This document shows positions 1 through 8,966 of a stretch of DNA of 64,000 nt, in pieces. The first letter of the stretch is position 1. Each line of letters opens with the position of its first letter. This DNA is from Actinomycetes bacterium (GTDB taxonomy: Bacteria; Actinomycetota; Thermoleophilia; Solirubrobacterales; Solirubrobacteraceae). The position numbers and the translations under genes are program-made. The stretch is from NCBI GenBank assembly GCA_021851525.1, contig JAJZDA010000001.1:3493-67492 (forward strand), in the 5' to 3' direction. The notes beneath the pieces are model-generated. The model was not told the origin of the DNA. It searched no databases and was given only the letters and a program-made list of their open reading frames with translations.

Positions 1-148
1 GGCCGCTCCGGGAGCCCCGGCCGCCCCGGGAGCTCCCGCCGCTCCCGCCCCCGGTCGCTCCCGCCGCCCGTCGCTCCCGCCGTCCGCCGCTCCGGCCGGC
101 CGTCGCTCCAACAATTCCGACTGGGTTGATTGACTACACTTTCTGTTC

Positions 149-643
149 ATGCGTGAGTTCTTCTCATTCCCCAACCCGGTGAATGACAAGGCCGCACGGA
201 CCGTTGCCGCCGTGGTCCTGGCGCTTGTGATCCTGACGCTGGCCAGCGGCTGGTACTGGCTGCTTGTGCCGATCACCTACGGCTTCTGGGCGCGGCTTCT
301 GACAGGCCCGCGGCTCAGCCCGCTGGGCTGGGTGGCGATGCGCGTGATTGCCCCGCGGCTGGGCGCCAAGCGCTACGTGCCGGGTCCGCCCAAGCGCTTC
401 GCCCAGGGCATCGGCGCGGCGATCTCCACGCTGGCGCTGAGCTTCGGGCTGGTGCTGGGGGATCACGGCGTGGCTGACGCGCTGCTGGCGCTCTTCATCC
501 CCGCCGCCGGCCTGGAGGCGTGCTTCGGCTACTGCCTGGGCTGCCGCGGCTTCGCGATCCTGATGCGCCTGGGCGTGATCCCGGACTCCGTCTGCCTGGA
601 GTGCGCCGACATCAGCGCGCGCCTGGGCGTCGCGCGCGGCTGA
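149..643 (+). CDS. DUF4395 family membrane protein
   Basis: FSFPNPVNDKAAR start, hydrophobic helices, P(P)KRFAQ motif and LEA-x-FGYCLGC motif typical of DUF4395. Confidence 0.85.
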   Translation: MREFFSFPNPVNDKAARTVAAVVLALVILTLASGWYWLLVPITYGFWARLLTGPRLSPLGWVAMRVIAPRLGAKRYVPGPPKRFAQGIGAAISTLALSFGLVLGDHGVADALLALFIPAAGLEACFGYCLGCRGFAILMRLGVIPDSVCLECADISARLGVARG

Positions 644-705
644 GCTGAGCGCATAGCGCCCTCGCCCTGAGCCGCTCAACCGTGAGCGGCTCAACGCCGA
701 GCCGC

Positions 706-1629
706 TCAGCCGTGACCGTAGGCGAGCGCAGCGCCGCGCAGGATGTCGTGCTCTGAGACCTCGATCTCCTGGAGCCCGAAGAGCTCCATCACCGCCTCGA
801 GGATCACCATCCCGGGGAGGATCACGTCGGCACGGTCGGGGTGCATTCCCGGCACCCGCTGGCGTTGCGCGTGGTCCATGGTGCGCAGCTGCGCGAAGAT
901 CGCGTCGCGGGTGCTCGCCTGCAGGCGGTAACCGTGAACCCGCGCGGGGTCGTAGGGGACCAGGCGCTGTGCCAGCGCCGCCAGCTGCGTGGGGGTGCCG
1001 GCCACCCCGATGGCCCGCCCCACGCCCTCACGCCAGCGTTGCGGCACCGCCGCGGCGAAGGTCGCGCGCACGTCCTGGGAGATCGCCTCGAGCTCCCGCG
1101 CGCTGGGGGGGTCGTGGCTGACGTGACGGTCGGCCTGGCGCACGACTCCGACCTGGGTTGAGACGTGGAAGTCAAGCTGCTCACCGTGCCCGATCACCAG
1201 CTCCGTGGAGCCGCCGCCGATGTCACAGACGAGCGTCGTCAGCGGCTGCTGCTCTGCGGCGTGCCCGCTGGTCGCGCCCAGGTAGGTGAGCCGCGCCTCC
1301 TCCTCGCCGCTGAGGATCCGCGCCTCGAAGCCCAGCGCGCGAACGTCCTGCGCGAAGCGCTCACCGTTGGCGGCGTCGCGCACGGCGCTGGTCATGACCG
1401 CAACGGTGCGCTGCACATCGTGCTCGCTCAGCAGTTCACGGTACTCCTCGAGCACCGTGAACTCGCGCCTGAGCGCGTCCGGCGCCAGACGCCCGCTGGC
1501 GTCGACGCCGGCCCCCAGCCGGGTGACGCGGCTGAGGCGCAGCGACTCCTCGCCGATCGCGCCGTCGCGCAGCTGCGCGACATACAGCCGCGTGGTGTTG
1601 CTGCCCACGTCGATGACGGCGATGCGCAC
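706..1629 (-). CDS. ppx: Ppx/GppA family exopolyphosphatase
   Basis: IAVIDVGSNTTRL, EEEARLTYLG, DIGGGSTE and ILRG motifs; start trimmed to GTG at 1629 (ORF track extends to 1746). Confidence 0.9.
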   Translation of the reverse strand: MRIAVIDVGSNTTRLYVAQLRDGAIGEESLRLSRVTRLGAGVDASGRLAPDALRREFTVLEEYRELLSEHDVQRTVAVMTSAVRDAANGERFAQDVRALGFEARILSGEEEARLTYLGATSGHAAEQQPLTTLVCDIGGGSTELVIGHGEQLDFHVSTQVGVVRQADRHVSHDPPSARELEAISQDVRATFAAAVPQRWREGVGRAIGVAGTPTQLAALAQRLVPYDPARVHGYRLQASTRDAIFAQLRTMDHAQRQRVPGMHPDRADVILPGMVILEAVMELFGLQEIEVSEHDILRGAALAYGHG

Positions 1630-1640
1630 CGCGTGCTGGC

Positions 1641-2579
1641 TCAGCTGCCGGCCTGTGTGGGCACCTGGTAGGGCAGCGGCGCGCCCTCCAGCCCGGCCAG
1701 CACGTTGGCCACCGCAATCTCCGCCATGCGCTCCCGCGCGGTCCACGTGGCGGAGCCGATGTGCGGCACCACCAGCAGGTTCGGTGCCTGCCAGAGCGGG
1801 TCTGAGGGCGGCAGCGGCTCAGGGTCGGTGACGTCCAGCGCGGCGCCGCCGATCTGCCCGGTGCTGAGCGCGCGGGCCAACGCCACCTGATCCACGACGC
1901 CCCCGCGGGAGGTGTTGATCAGGATCGCGGTGGGCTTCATCAGCGCCAGCTCGCGCTCACCGATGAGGTGGTGCGTGCCGGGCGTCAGCGGCAGGTGCAG
2001 GGAGACGAAGTCGGCCCGGCTGAGCAGGTGCTCGAGGTTGCTTGAGTCCCGCGTCTCGGTGGTCAGCAGCTCCATGCCGAAGCCCTGCCCGCGCCTGGCC
2101 ATCGCCTGGCCGATGCGCCCCAGGCCGATGATCCCGAGCGTCGCGCCGTAGACGTCGGCGCCGAGGAAGCCGGTCGGCTCCCAGGTCTTCCACAGCCCCT
2201 GGCGCGCGCTCTGCGCCGCCTCGGTGATCCGGCGGGCGGCGCTCATCAGCAGCGCGAACGCGAGGTCCGCTGTCGCCTCGGTGAGCGCGTCGGGCGTGTT
2301 GCCCACGGCGATCCCGCGGGCCGTCGCGGCGTCCACGTCGATGTTGTCGAAGCCGACGGCGTAGTTGGCGATCACCTTCAGCCGTGGTGCCGCGGCGATC
2401 AGCGCCGCGTCGACGCGGTCGCTGAGCAGCGTCAGCAGTGCGTCGGAGTCAGCCGCCTGGTTGCGGAGCTGCTCATACGTGGGGGGCAGCGACTCGGGCC
2501 AGACGGTCGTCTCGTGCGTCTGGCTGAGACGCTCGAGCGCCGGGCCGGGCAGCTGCCTGGTTACAAATACGCGCGCCAT
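1641..2579 (-). CDS. D-isomer-specific 2-hydroxyacid dehydrogenase (glyoxylate/hydroxypyruvate reductase-like)
   Basis: AVGFDNID, GIIGLGRIG Rossmann motif, INTSRG, ALDVTDPEP, PHIGSAT. Confidence 0.92.
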   Translation of the reverse strand: MARVFVTRQLPGPALERLSQTHETTVWPESLPPTYEQLRNQAADSDALLTLLSDRVDAALIAAAPRLKVIANYAVGFDNIDVDAATARGIAVGNTPDALTEATADLAFALLMSAARRITEAAQSARQGLWKTWEPTGFLGADVYGATLGIIGLGRIGQAMARRGQGFGMELLTTETRDSSNLEHLLSRADFVSLHLPLTPGTHHLIGERELALMKPTAILINTSRGGVVDQVALARALSTGQIGGAALDVTDPEPLPPSDPLWQAPNLLVVPHIGSATWTARERMAEIAVANVLAGLEGAPLPYQVPTQAGS

Positions 2580-2612
2580 GACCGCATTGTGGCGGCTGGC
2601 GGGCGTGCGTGC

Positions 2613-4094
2613 TCACACTTCGACGGCCACCGCCGGCTGCGGCTGGCCGGCGGGTGCCGGCGCCATCCGCGGGATCCCCAGGGCCGCCACCAGCACGCCC
2701 ACGCCGGCGATCACCGCGGCGATCACGAACGCCAGGTCAAAGCCGCTGACCAGCGCCTGGTTGACGGTGTGGATCGCGGCGGTCGGGTGCGCCAGCTCGG
2801 ACTTGGAGTGGGAGCTTGCGAGCGTCGCCAGCACCGCGAGCCCCAGCGCGCCGCCGAAGAGCCGCGCGGTGTTGGCCACTGCGGAGGCGAGCCCGGCCTC
2901 CTGGGGCTTGACCCCGGAGGTCGCGGCGATCGTTCCCGGGATGAACGCGAACGGCATCCCCAGCGAGGCGAGCAGCCCCGCGGGCAGCATCACGCCCACG
3001 TAATCAGCGTGGACGCTCAGCTGTGTGAACCAGGCGAGCCCGGCTGTCAGCACGAGCATCCCGGAGATCATCAGGCGCTTGATCCCGACGCGCAGCGTGA
3101 TCCGCGAGGCGACCGTCGAGCCGACCACGATCGCGATGGTCATCGGCAGGAATATGAAGCCGGTCTTCAGCGGTGAGTAGCCGAGCACCTGCTGCAGGTA
3201 GAGGGAGAAGAAGAACCACATCCCGAACGTCGCGGCACCGACCAGCAGGATGATCGTGTTGGCCGCCGAGAGCCGCCTGGAGCGGAACAGCCGCAGCGGC
3301 ATCAGCGGCGCCTTGGCGATGCGCCCCTCGATCAGCAGGAAGACCGCCAGCAGCGCCACGCCGATGAAGATCGTCAGCAGTGTTGTCGAGTCGCCCCAGC
3401 CGGAGGTGTCGGTGCGCACGATCCCGAAGACCAGCAGGGAGAGCCCGACGGTGGCGCTGAGCGCGCCCAGCAGGTCGAAGTTGCGGGTCGCGTGCTCGTT
3501 GCGGCCCTCCAGCAGCATCCGCTGCGCCGCGAACGCGGCGATCAGCCCGATCGGCACGTTGATGAAGAGGATCCAGCGCCAGCTGAGCGTGTCCGTGATG
3601 ATTCCGCCCAGCAGCACGCCCGCGGCCCCGCCGGCGCCGCCCATCGCGCCCCAGATCCCGATCGCGCGGTGGCGCTCCTTGGGCTCGGTGAAGGTGCTGG
3701 TCAGGATCGAGAGGGAGGCGGGGGCGATGATCGCGCCGCCCAGCCCCTGCACCAGCCGCGCGACGATCAGCAGCGTGCGGTCGTTGGCCATACCGCCGGC
3801 CAGCGAGGCGAGCGCGAACAGCACCAGCCCGGTGACGAACACCAGTCGCCGGCCGATAAGGTCGGCCGCGCGCCCGCCCAGCAGCAGGAACCCGGCGAAG
3901 GTCACCGTGTAGGCGTTGACGACCCACTGCAGCCCGCTCTCCGAGAAGCCCAGCGCGTGCTTGATCGAAGGCAGCGCCACGTTCACGACGGAGACGTCGA
4001 GGATCACCATGAACTGCGCCAGGCAGCCGAGCACGAGCGTGGCCGTGAGGTGCGGGTGTTGGGGCTGGTGCGGGTGGTGATGCTCGCTTGTCAT
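2613..4094 (-). CDS. DHA2 family (EmrB/QacA-like) MFS transporter
   Basis: FMVILDVSVVNVALP, WVVNAYT, GGRAADLIGRR motif A, about 14 hydrophobic segments. Confidence 0.92.
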   Translation of the reverse strand: MTSEHHHPHQPQHPHLTATLVLGCLAQFMVILDVSVVNVALPSIKHALGFSESGLQWVVNAYTVTFAGFLLLGGRAADLIGRRLVFVTGLVLFALASLAGGMANDRTLLIVARLVQGLGGAIIAPASLSILTSTFTEPKERHRAIGIWGAMGGAGGAAGVLLGGIITDTLSWRWILFINVPIGLIAAFAAQRMLLEGRNEHATRNFDLLGALSATVGLSLLVFGIVRTDTSGWGDSTTLLTIFIGVALLAVFLLIEGRIAKAPLMPLRLFRSRRLSAANTIILLVGAATFGMWFFFSLYLQQVLGYSPLKTGFIFLPMTIAIVVGSTVASRITLRVGIKRLMISGMLVLTAGLAWFTQLSVHADYVGVMLPAGLLASLGMPFAFIPGTIAATSGVKPQEAGLASAVANTARLFGGALGLAVLATLASSHSKSELAHPTAAIHTVNQALVSGFDLAFVIAAVIAGVGVLVAALGIPRMAPAPAGQPQPAVAVEV

Positions 4095-4104
4095 CGAGGC
4101 GTGT

Positions 4105-4207
4105 CTCCGTCTGTTGGGTGGCTTGTCTGCTGCCTGTGATTAACGGGCCTGTGCGCGTCCCTGTGAGAGCCGGCTGACTCCGTCTGTCGGGTGGCTTGTC
4201 TGCTGCC
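4105..4207. repeat. 30-bp direct repeat (4105-4134 / 4178-4207, 1 mismatch) in MFS upstream region
   Basis: ctccgtctgtYgggtggcttgtctgctgcc occurs twice, 73 bp apart. Confidence 0.9.
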
Positions 4208-4312
4208 CGCCTCCTCGAGGCCGGCGGGGTCCGTCGCCCCGCCTCAGCCGGGCTGCGCGGCCGCTTGACGCTCGGCGCGCGGCCCGGGGGCCTGCACTGC
4301 TTGCTGATCTCA

Positions 4313-4359
4313 GTACGACGAGTATCGAACCTTACCAAACTGTTCGATCCTTCTCGTAC
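4313..4359. promoter_or_regulatory. Two palindromic GTWCGA-N6-TCGWAC boxes, probable ArsR operator
   Basis: gtacga-cgagta-tcgaac (4313-4330) and gttcga-tccttc-tcgtac (4342-4359), between divergent MFS and ArsR genes and just before the ArsR ATG. Confidence 0.65.
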
Positions 4360-4360
4360 A

Positions 4361-4834
4361 ATGACCCCCCACATGGAGGTGTTGTACGAAGGAGCCGAGA
4401 CCGCTGAGCTGGACGCGCTCAGCGCCGCCGGTGAGGAGCTTGACCTCGCGACGGTGCTGCACGCGCTGAGCGATCCGATCCGCCTCTCGATCGTGGCGCA
4501 GCTGGCGGATGGCGTCGAGATGAGCTGCGGCGCGTTCGGCCTGCCTGTCGCCAAGTCCACCTGCTCACACCACTTCCGGGTGCTGCGTGAGGCGGGCGTC
4601 GTGAACACGCGCGTTGAGGGCAAGAGCCGCTTGAACACGCTCGCGCGCGAGGCGCTCGACGAGCGCTTTCCCGGCCTGATCGACGCCGTGCTGGGCGCGC
4701 AGCGTGCGCAGAGCCACTCCGCCGCGCCCGTCCTGAGCGCGGCCCCGCTGGGCGCTTCCGCACTGTTGCCCGAGCTGCTCGGCGCCGGCGCCGGTGCCGC
4801 TCGCGCGCCGAAGCTGAGGGCCGCGCAGCCGTGA
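4361..4834 (+). CDS. ArsR/SmtB family transcriptional regulator
   Basis: VLHALSDPIRLSIV, KSTCSHHFRVLREAGVV wHTH; start at ATG 4361 or 4373. Confidence 0.9.
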   Translation: MTPHMEVLYEGAETAELDALSAAGEELDLATVLHALSDPIRLSIVAQLADGVEMSCGAFGLPVAKSTCSHHFRVLREAGVVNTRVEGKSRLNTLAREALDERFPGLIDAVLGAQRAQSHSAAPVLSAAPLGASALLPELLGAGAGAARAPKLRAAQP

Positions 4835-5664
4835 GCGCCGGTCCGCTGCCGGCCGTCGCGCGCCAGGACGCCGTGCGCCTCACCGCGCTGGCCGAGCGGA
4901 TCGAGTCCCATTGCGTGCGCGCCTGGCCGGCTGAGGTCGTGCAGAGGGAGCCTGACGGCTGGATCTTTCGTGCCACCCCCGGGCTTCCGGGCCGCGGGCG
5001 CTCCAACCATGCGCTCACACCCGTGCGCCCGCTGCACCCCTCTGAGATCGACCCCGCGATCCAGCGCGTCACTGACTTCGCCGCGCAGCACGGCGTTGAG
5101 TGCGGCATCCAGGTCGGCCCGATCGACTTCCACATCCCGCTGCTCAACGAGCTTGACGCGCGCGGCTGGGAGGTGCAGCAGGCGGTGCTTGTGATGACCG
5201 CCCAGAGCGCCGCCCTGGCGGCCGGCGCCGACCCGACCTTCGGGCTCGAGATCACAGACCACGCCACCCCGGAGTGGGTGGCTGCCTGGCAGCTCTGTGA
5301 GCCCGGTCGCTCCGGCGTGCAGGCCCACGTGGAGACGGTCTTCAAGCTGATGGCCGGGAACGCCCGCTTCGCGCGTCTGGGGCAGCTGGCCGTCGGGATC
5401 ATCGTGGAGCTTGACGGGCTCGCCGGGCTCTACTGCCTGGCAGTCAACCCTGCGCACCGCCGCCAGGGCCTGGGCGTCAAGCTCGTGCGCGGGCTGCTGC
5501 GTGATTCCGCCAGCGAGCTCACCTACCTGCAGGTTTTCAGCGCCAACGAGGCCGGCGTCGGCCTCTACAACAGCCTCGGCTTCACCGAGGCCTACCGCTA
5601 CTGCCACGTGCTCGCCCCGGCCGCCTCGCCAGAGACGACCGAGCGCGCCGACGGCGGCTGCTGA
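4831..5664 (+). CDS. GNAT family N-acetyltransferase
   Basis: LAVNPAHRRQGLG acetyl-CoA motif, YLQVFSANEAGVGLYNSLGF; GTGA overlap with ArsR stop. Confidence 0.88.
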   Translation: MSAGPLPAVARQDAVRLTALAERIESHCVRAWPAEVVQREPDGWIFRATPGLPGRGRSNHALTPVRPLHPSEIDPAIQRVTDFAAQHGVECGIQVGPIDFHIPLLNELDARGWEVQQAVLVMTAQSAALAAGADPTFGLEITDHATPEWVAAWQLCEPGRSGVQAHVETVFKLMAGNARFARLGQLAVGIIVELDGLAGLYCLAVNPAHRRQGLGVKLVRGLLRDSASELTYLQVFSANEAGVGLYNSLGFTEAYRYCHVLAPAASPETTERADGGC

Positions 5665-5765
5665 GCTCCCCGGCGGCGGCCGGCGACGAGCCTGAGGCTC
5701 GGCCGGCTCCCACCGGGCCGGCCGAGCCTCCCCCTTCGTGTGTCCGAGGCGGCGATGGCGCATCG

Positions 5766-5984
5766 CTATGCGGCGATTCCCTCCCGGCTGAAGCCACCGT
5801 TGGCCTCGGCATCCTCGAAGTCCTCGAGCTCCACGATCACCGCGACCTTGCGGTCCGTCCACAGAAAGAGCACCTCCGCCTCACCGTGGTCCAGATCAAC
5901 CTCATCCGGCAGCGGCAACCCGCTGTCCTCGAGCAGTCGCATCATCCGCCGCTCACAGAGCTCCTTGCGATCCCTGTTCTGCAT
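5766..5984 (-). CDS. Small hypothetical protein upstream of tRNA
   Basis: Compact acidic 72-aa ORF from ATG 5984 (MQNRDRKELCERRMMRLLEDSGLPLPDEV...); the ORF-track N-terminal extension lies in low-complexity DNA. Confidence 0.65.
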   Translation of the reverse strand: MQNRDRKELCERRMMRLLEDSGLPLPDEVDLDHGEAEVLFLWTDRKVAVIVELEDFEDAEANGGFSREGIAA

Positions 5985-6352
5985 GCCCGGATCATCGGTC
6001 CGCCACCTGTGACCAAACAAGGCACCTTCGTGCCAACTCTGTAAAACCGGGCCTGGGGCCCGTCCCGTGCCTGCCCGGACTTGTCGCGAGCCCACTCCGG
6101 GGCCCGCCTTGGGCTGCTCAGGCCCGCTGCGGGCCTGCCCTGAGCCCGCTGCTCTGGCCTGCCTCATGCCGGTCCCGGACTCACATCGGGGCCTGTCCTC
6201 GGCCGTCCGGGCCCGCCCCAGGTCTGTCCTGAGCGCGTCCCCGAGCCTCTCCTGAGCCCGCCCGGCCGCCGCCGGAGCCCTTCCAGTCCGCGCTCACAAC
6301 CCCCGTCGCGCCGCCGCCAAGCGCCCCGAGTCTGCTATTACTAGGTGCACGG

Positions 6353-6428
<76 letters not shown>

Positions 6429-6429
6429 C

Positions 6430-6457
6430 AAAAAGGTCCGCTTTTGCGGGCCTTTTT
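6430..6457. terminator. Intrinsic (likely bidirectional) terminator after tRNA
   Basis: aaaaaggtccgc-tttt-gcgggccttttt hairpin with A and T tracts on either side. Confidence 0.85.
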
Positions 6458-6495
6458 GCGTTTATTAGCCACAACTTCGGTTGACAATGGCGATT

Positions 6496-6581
6496 TGGCT
6501 ACCACATTTGGCTACCAAGTGAATTGGTGGAGATTCACGCAGAAATCCGGTTTATTGGGTCCATAACCCGAAGGTTGTAGG
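6496..6581 (+). repeat. TGGCTACCA x2 followed by a degenerate att core copy (relic attR-like junction)
   Basis: TGGCTACCA at 6496-6504 and 6509-6517; cataacccgaaggttgtagg (6562-6581) matches the tRNA core at 18/20. Confidence 0.75.
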
Positions 6582-6684
6582 CCTCTCGCCGTCCTGGGCG
6601 CTCGGCTGAGGAAGCGCGCCTCCCGCGTCGGTGAACCGTCCGCCTCGGATACAGGATCGGCGGGCAGCTGTCGATGTAGACGCG

Positions 6685-7506
6685 ATGAGCACCTACGCCC
6701 CGGCAAAGCGTTTGCGGCTGCGGCGCGCCGATGTCTGTGCTGTGTGCGGCCGCGGCTTGGATGTCGGGGTAGAGGCGCTCTGGCATCGGGGGCCGCGTGT
6801 CGTGACCTGCGTGGGATGCGACCTTGACGGCGCGACAGTCGTCGTCGCCGGCGAGCCGGGCGCCAGCGCCCTGCGGGAGTACGGGCGCCGTCAGATGCGC
6901 CGCGAGGACGATGCGCGCGAGAAGCTCGGCCGTGTCGGCGTGACGCTCGCGCGGGTGATCGCGCCGCCAGCGACCACGCAGGCGTGGAAGCGTGGTGGGG
7001 AGGGCGAGCGTCGCGTCGGTGCGCGGCTTGAGAAGCTGCTCGCCGGAACCGAGGTCAGGCTGCTGCATGATCGTCTCGTGCCAAGTGCTGGGCGGCAAAA
7101 CATCGACCACATCGCTGTCGGCCCCGGCGGCGTGACCGTGATCGACACCAAGAACTACCGCGGCAAAGTGCGGGTGCAGCGCGTCGGTGGCCTGTTCGCG
7201 CCGCAGCGCACGATCCTGTCGATCAAGGGCCGTGACCAGACGAAGCTCGTCACCAGCGTGCAGAATCAGGTCGAGCTGCTGCGCAGCGCGCTGGCCGCTG
7301 CGGGAGAGCGGGACGTCGATGTGCGTGGCGTGCTCTGCTTCGCGAACGTCGACGGACTGCCGCTGCTTGGGCACCCCACCCTGAACGGGATCCTGATTGA
7401 CGGTGCGCGGGCTACGGCAAAGCTCGCTCGGCGGCCTGGACCGCTGAGTGGCGAGCGCGTGCAGCAACACTGGGCGCTCATCGGTAAGACGTTTCCGCCG
7501 GCTTGA
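6685..7506 (+). CDS. NERD domain nuclease with N-terminal CxxC...CxxC zinc finger
   Basis: CAVCG...CVGC, GGEGERRVG, LLHD, NIDHIAVGPGGVTVIDTKNYRG NERD motifs; start trimmed to ATG 6685. Confidence 0.85.
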   Translation: MSTYAPAKRLRLRRADVCAVCGRGLDVGVEALWHRGPRVVTCVGCDLDGATVVVAGEPGASALREYGRRQMRREDDAREKLGRVGVTLARVIAPPATTQAWKRGGEGERRVGARLEKLLAGTEVRLLHDRLVPSAGRQNIDHIAVGPGGVTVIDTKNYRGKVRVQRVGGLFAPQRTILSIKGRDQTKLVTSVQNQVELLRSALAAAGERDVDVRGVLCFANVDGLPLLGHPTLNGILIDGARATAKLARRPGPLSGERVQQHWALIGKTFPPA

Positions 7507-7560
7507 CCCTGCGATTGATCGCGTGTCGAGATCTTCCAACCTACCGGGAGGACGTGTGTG

Positions 7561-8076
7561 ATGAGGACTTTGGCGGCAGTCGCGGGTGTCACACTCGCCG
7601 CCTTGGCTGGAAGCGTCGGCGTGGCCGCCGCGGGCATGGGAGGTGCCGGACACGGCCAGGCGCCGGGCATCATCAGCACTGCTCACGCGCGCTCCAGGGC
7701 TCACGAAGCCAGGGCAAGGACGCTTGTTTCGGTGCGGCTGGCCGCGATCGGCGCCAACGTGACCTCGCCCCGTGGCCCATTCCGCACACGACCGGCAAAG
7801 CTCGTGTTCGGCTCCGGCCTATGGATCGATCATCTGAAATGGGCTGATTGGGGCCAGTCGGTCGCCTTCGCAAGCGGCATGGTGCACGCGCGCGTTTGGC
7901 CTGGTCACAGCTACGTCACCAGGGCGGGCGGGCTCATGCTCGACCAGCTGCGCACCTGCGGTACCAAGCCCACCTCCTACTACACGTCCGTGTCCATGGA
8001 CGTCCCCGACGGGTTTCCGGAAAACACCGAATCGACAGCGACCGGAATCGGCGAGCAAGCGCTCACGCCGTGCTGA
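7561..8076 (+). CDS. Secreted hypothetical protein
   Basis: SD gggagga upstream; signal-peptide-like MRTLAAVAGVTLAALAGSVGVAAA; LKWADWG motif; two Cys. Confidence 0.65.
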   Translation: MRTLAAVAGVTLAALAGSVGVAAAGMGGAGHGQAPGIISTAHARSRAHEARARTLVSVRLAAIGANVTSPRGPFRTRPAKLVFGSGLWIDHLKWADWGQSVAFASGMVHARVWPGHSYVTRAGGLMLDQLRTCGTKPTSYYTSVSMDVPDGFPENTESTATGIGEQALTPC

Positions 8077-8098
8077 CGGCCAGCAGGTTTCGCGCCCT

Positions 8099-8917
8099 AT
8101 GTCGTTACCCGGCAACTCTCTGCATCCTGGCCTGCTCGCGGTTGCTCAGCGCGCCGGCTTGACGAAACGCCTGATGGACCGGTGGTCGTCGGCGCGGCCG
8201 AGTAACTTTGACGCAATGGCCGCGACGCTCGACATCGGTCCTCTTGACGAAGCTACCGGTCTTCTGAGCCACCATCCGATCGGCGTCTCCACGGGCATCT
8301 TTGCCGGAGACCGGGGCAGGTGGCCTCGGTTGGTCGATGATGCTTGCGGCATCTCGAGTTACGTCGTTGAGCTATCGGCGCTCTCCGGGGGCGAGCTTCC
8401 CGGACTCCTGTCGTACCTCGGCTCCGGGCCGGCGCTTCCGTTCCGCTACCTGAGCGTCCACGCTCCAGCGAAGAACTTCGATGAGCGGGTCGCAGTCGAC
8501 CAGCTATGTGAACTGCCGCTTGCGGTGCGTTCTGTGGTTCTCCACCCAGATGTCATCGTCGATGTCGCCCTCTGGAAGCGCCTCAAAACACGAGCTGTGA
8601 TCGAGAACATGGACGACCGCAAGAAAGGTGGCCGTACCGTCGACGAGCTCAAGCCGATTTTCAAGGCGCTTCCCGAAGCGGGTTTTTGCTTTGACGTGGC
8701 TCACGCTTGGTCGCTGGACCCAACGATGGAGCTCGCGCACTCGCTGCTTGACCAATTCAGGGCGAGTCTTCGACAAGTGCATCTCAGCTCGCTCGATAGC
8801 GCCGGTCACCACATTCCGCTTCGGCGGGAAGACGCGCAGCTTTTCACCGATGTGCTGAGCCGCTGCACGGACGTTCCGTGGATTCTTGAGGCGATGCCGC
8901 CCGCCGGTTGGGTGTAG
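8099..8917 (+). CDS. Xylose-isomerase-like / AP endonuclease 2 TIM-barrel metalloenzyme
   Basis: SVHAP, VVLHP, IENMD, FDVAHA, VHLS and GHH metal-ligand pattern; true start may be ATG 8216. Confidence 0.78.
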   Translation: MSLPGNSLHPGLLAVAQRAGLTKRLMDRWSSARPSNFDAMAATLDIGPLDEATGLLSHHPIGVSTGIFAGDRGRWPRLVDDACGISSYVVELSALSGGELPGLLSYLGSGPALPFRYLSVHAPAKNFDERVAVDQLCELPLAVRSVVLHPDVIVDVALWKRLKTRAVIENMDDRKKGGRTVDELKPIFKALPEAGFCFDVAHAWSLDPTMELAHSLLDQFRASLRQVHLSSLDSAGHHIPLRREDAQLFTDVLSRCTDVPWILEAMPPAGWV

Positions 8918-8966
8918 CGCCGGAGCACCGGGTGCTTCCCGCAGCCATTCCAAGCGCGAGCTCGGC

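Noticed and set aside
1-110. C-rich ccgctccc-type repeats, and the A-poor GC tract at 6040-6300
   Set aside because: Irregular low-complexity intergenic sequence with no constant unit or period; the ORFs crossing it are compositional artefacts.
3004-5862. 952-aa minus-strand ORF
   Set aside because: Overlaps the MFS, ArsR and GNAT genes, is Arg/Ala/Pro-rich with no motifs; a stop-poor shadow frame typical of high-GC DNA.
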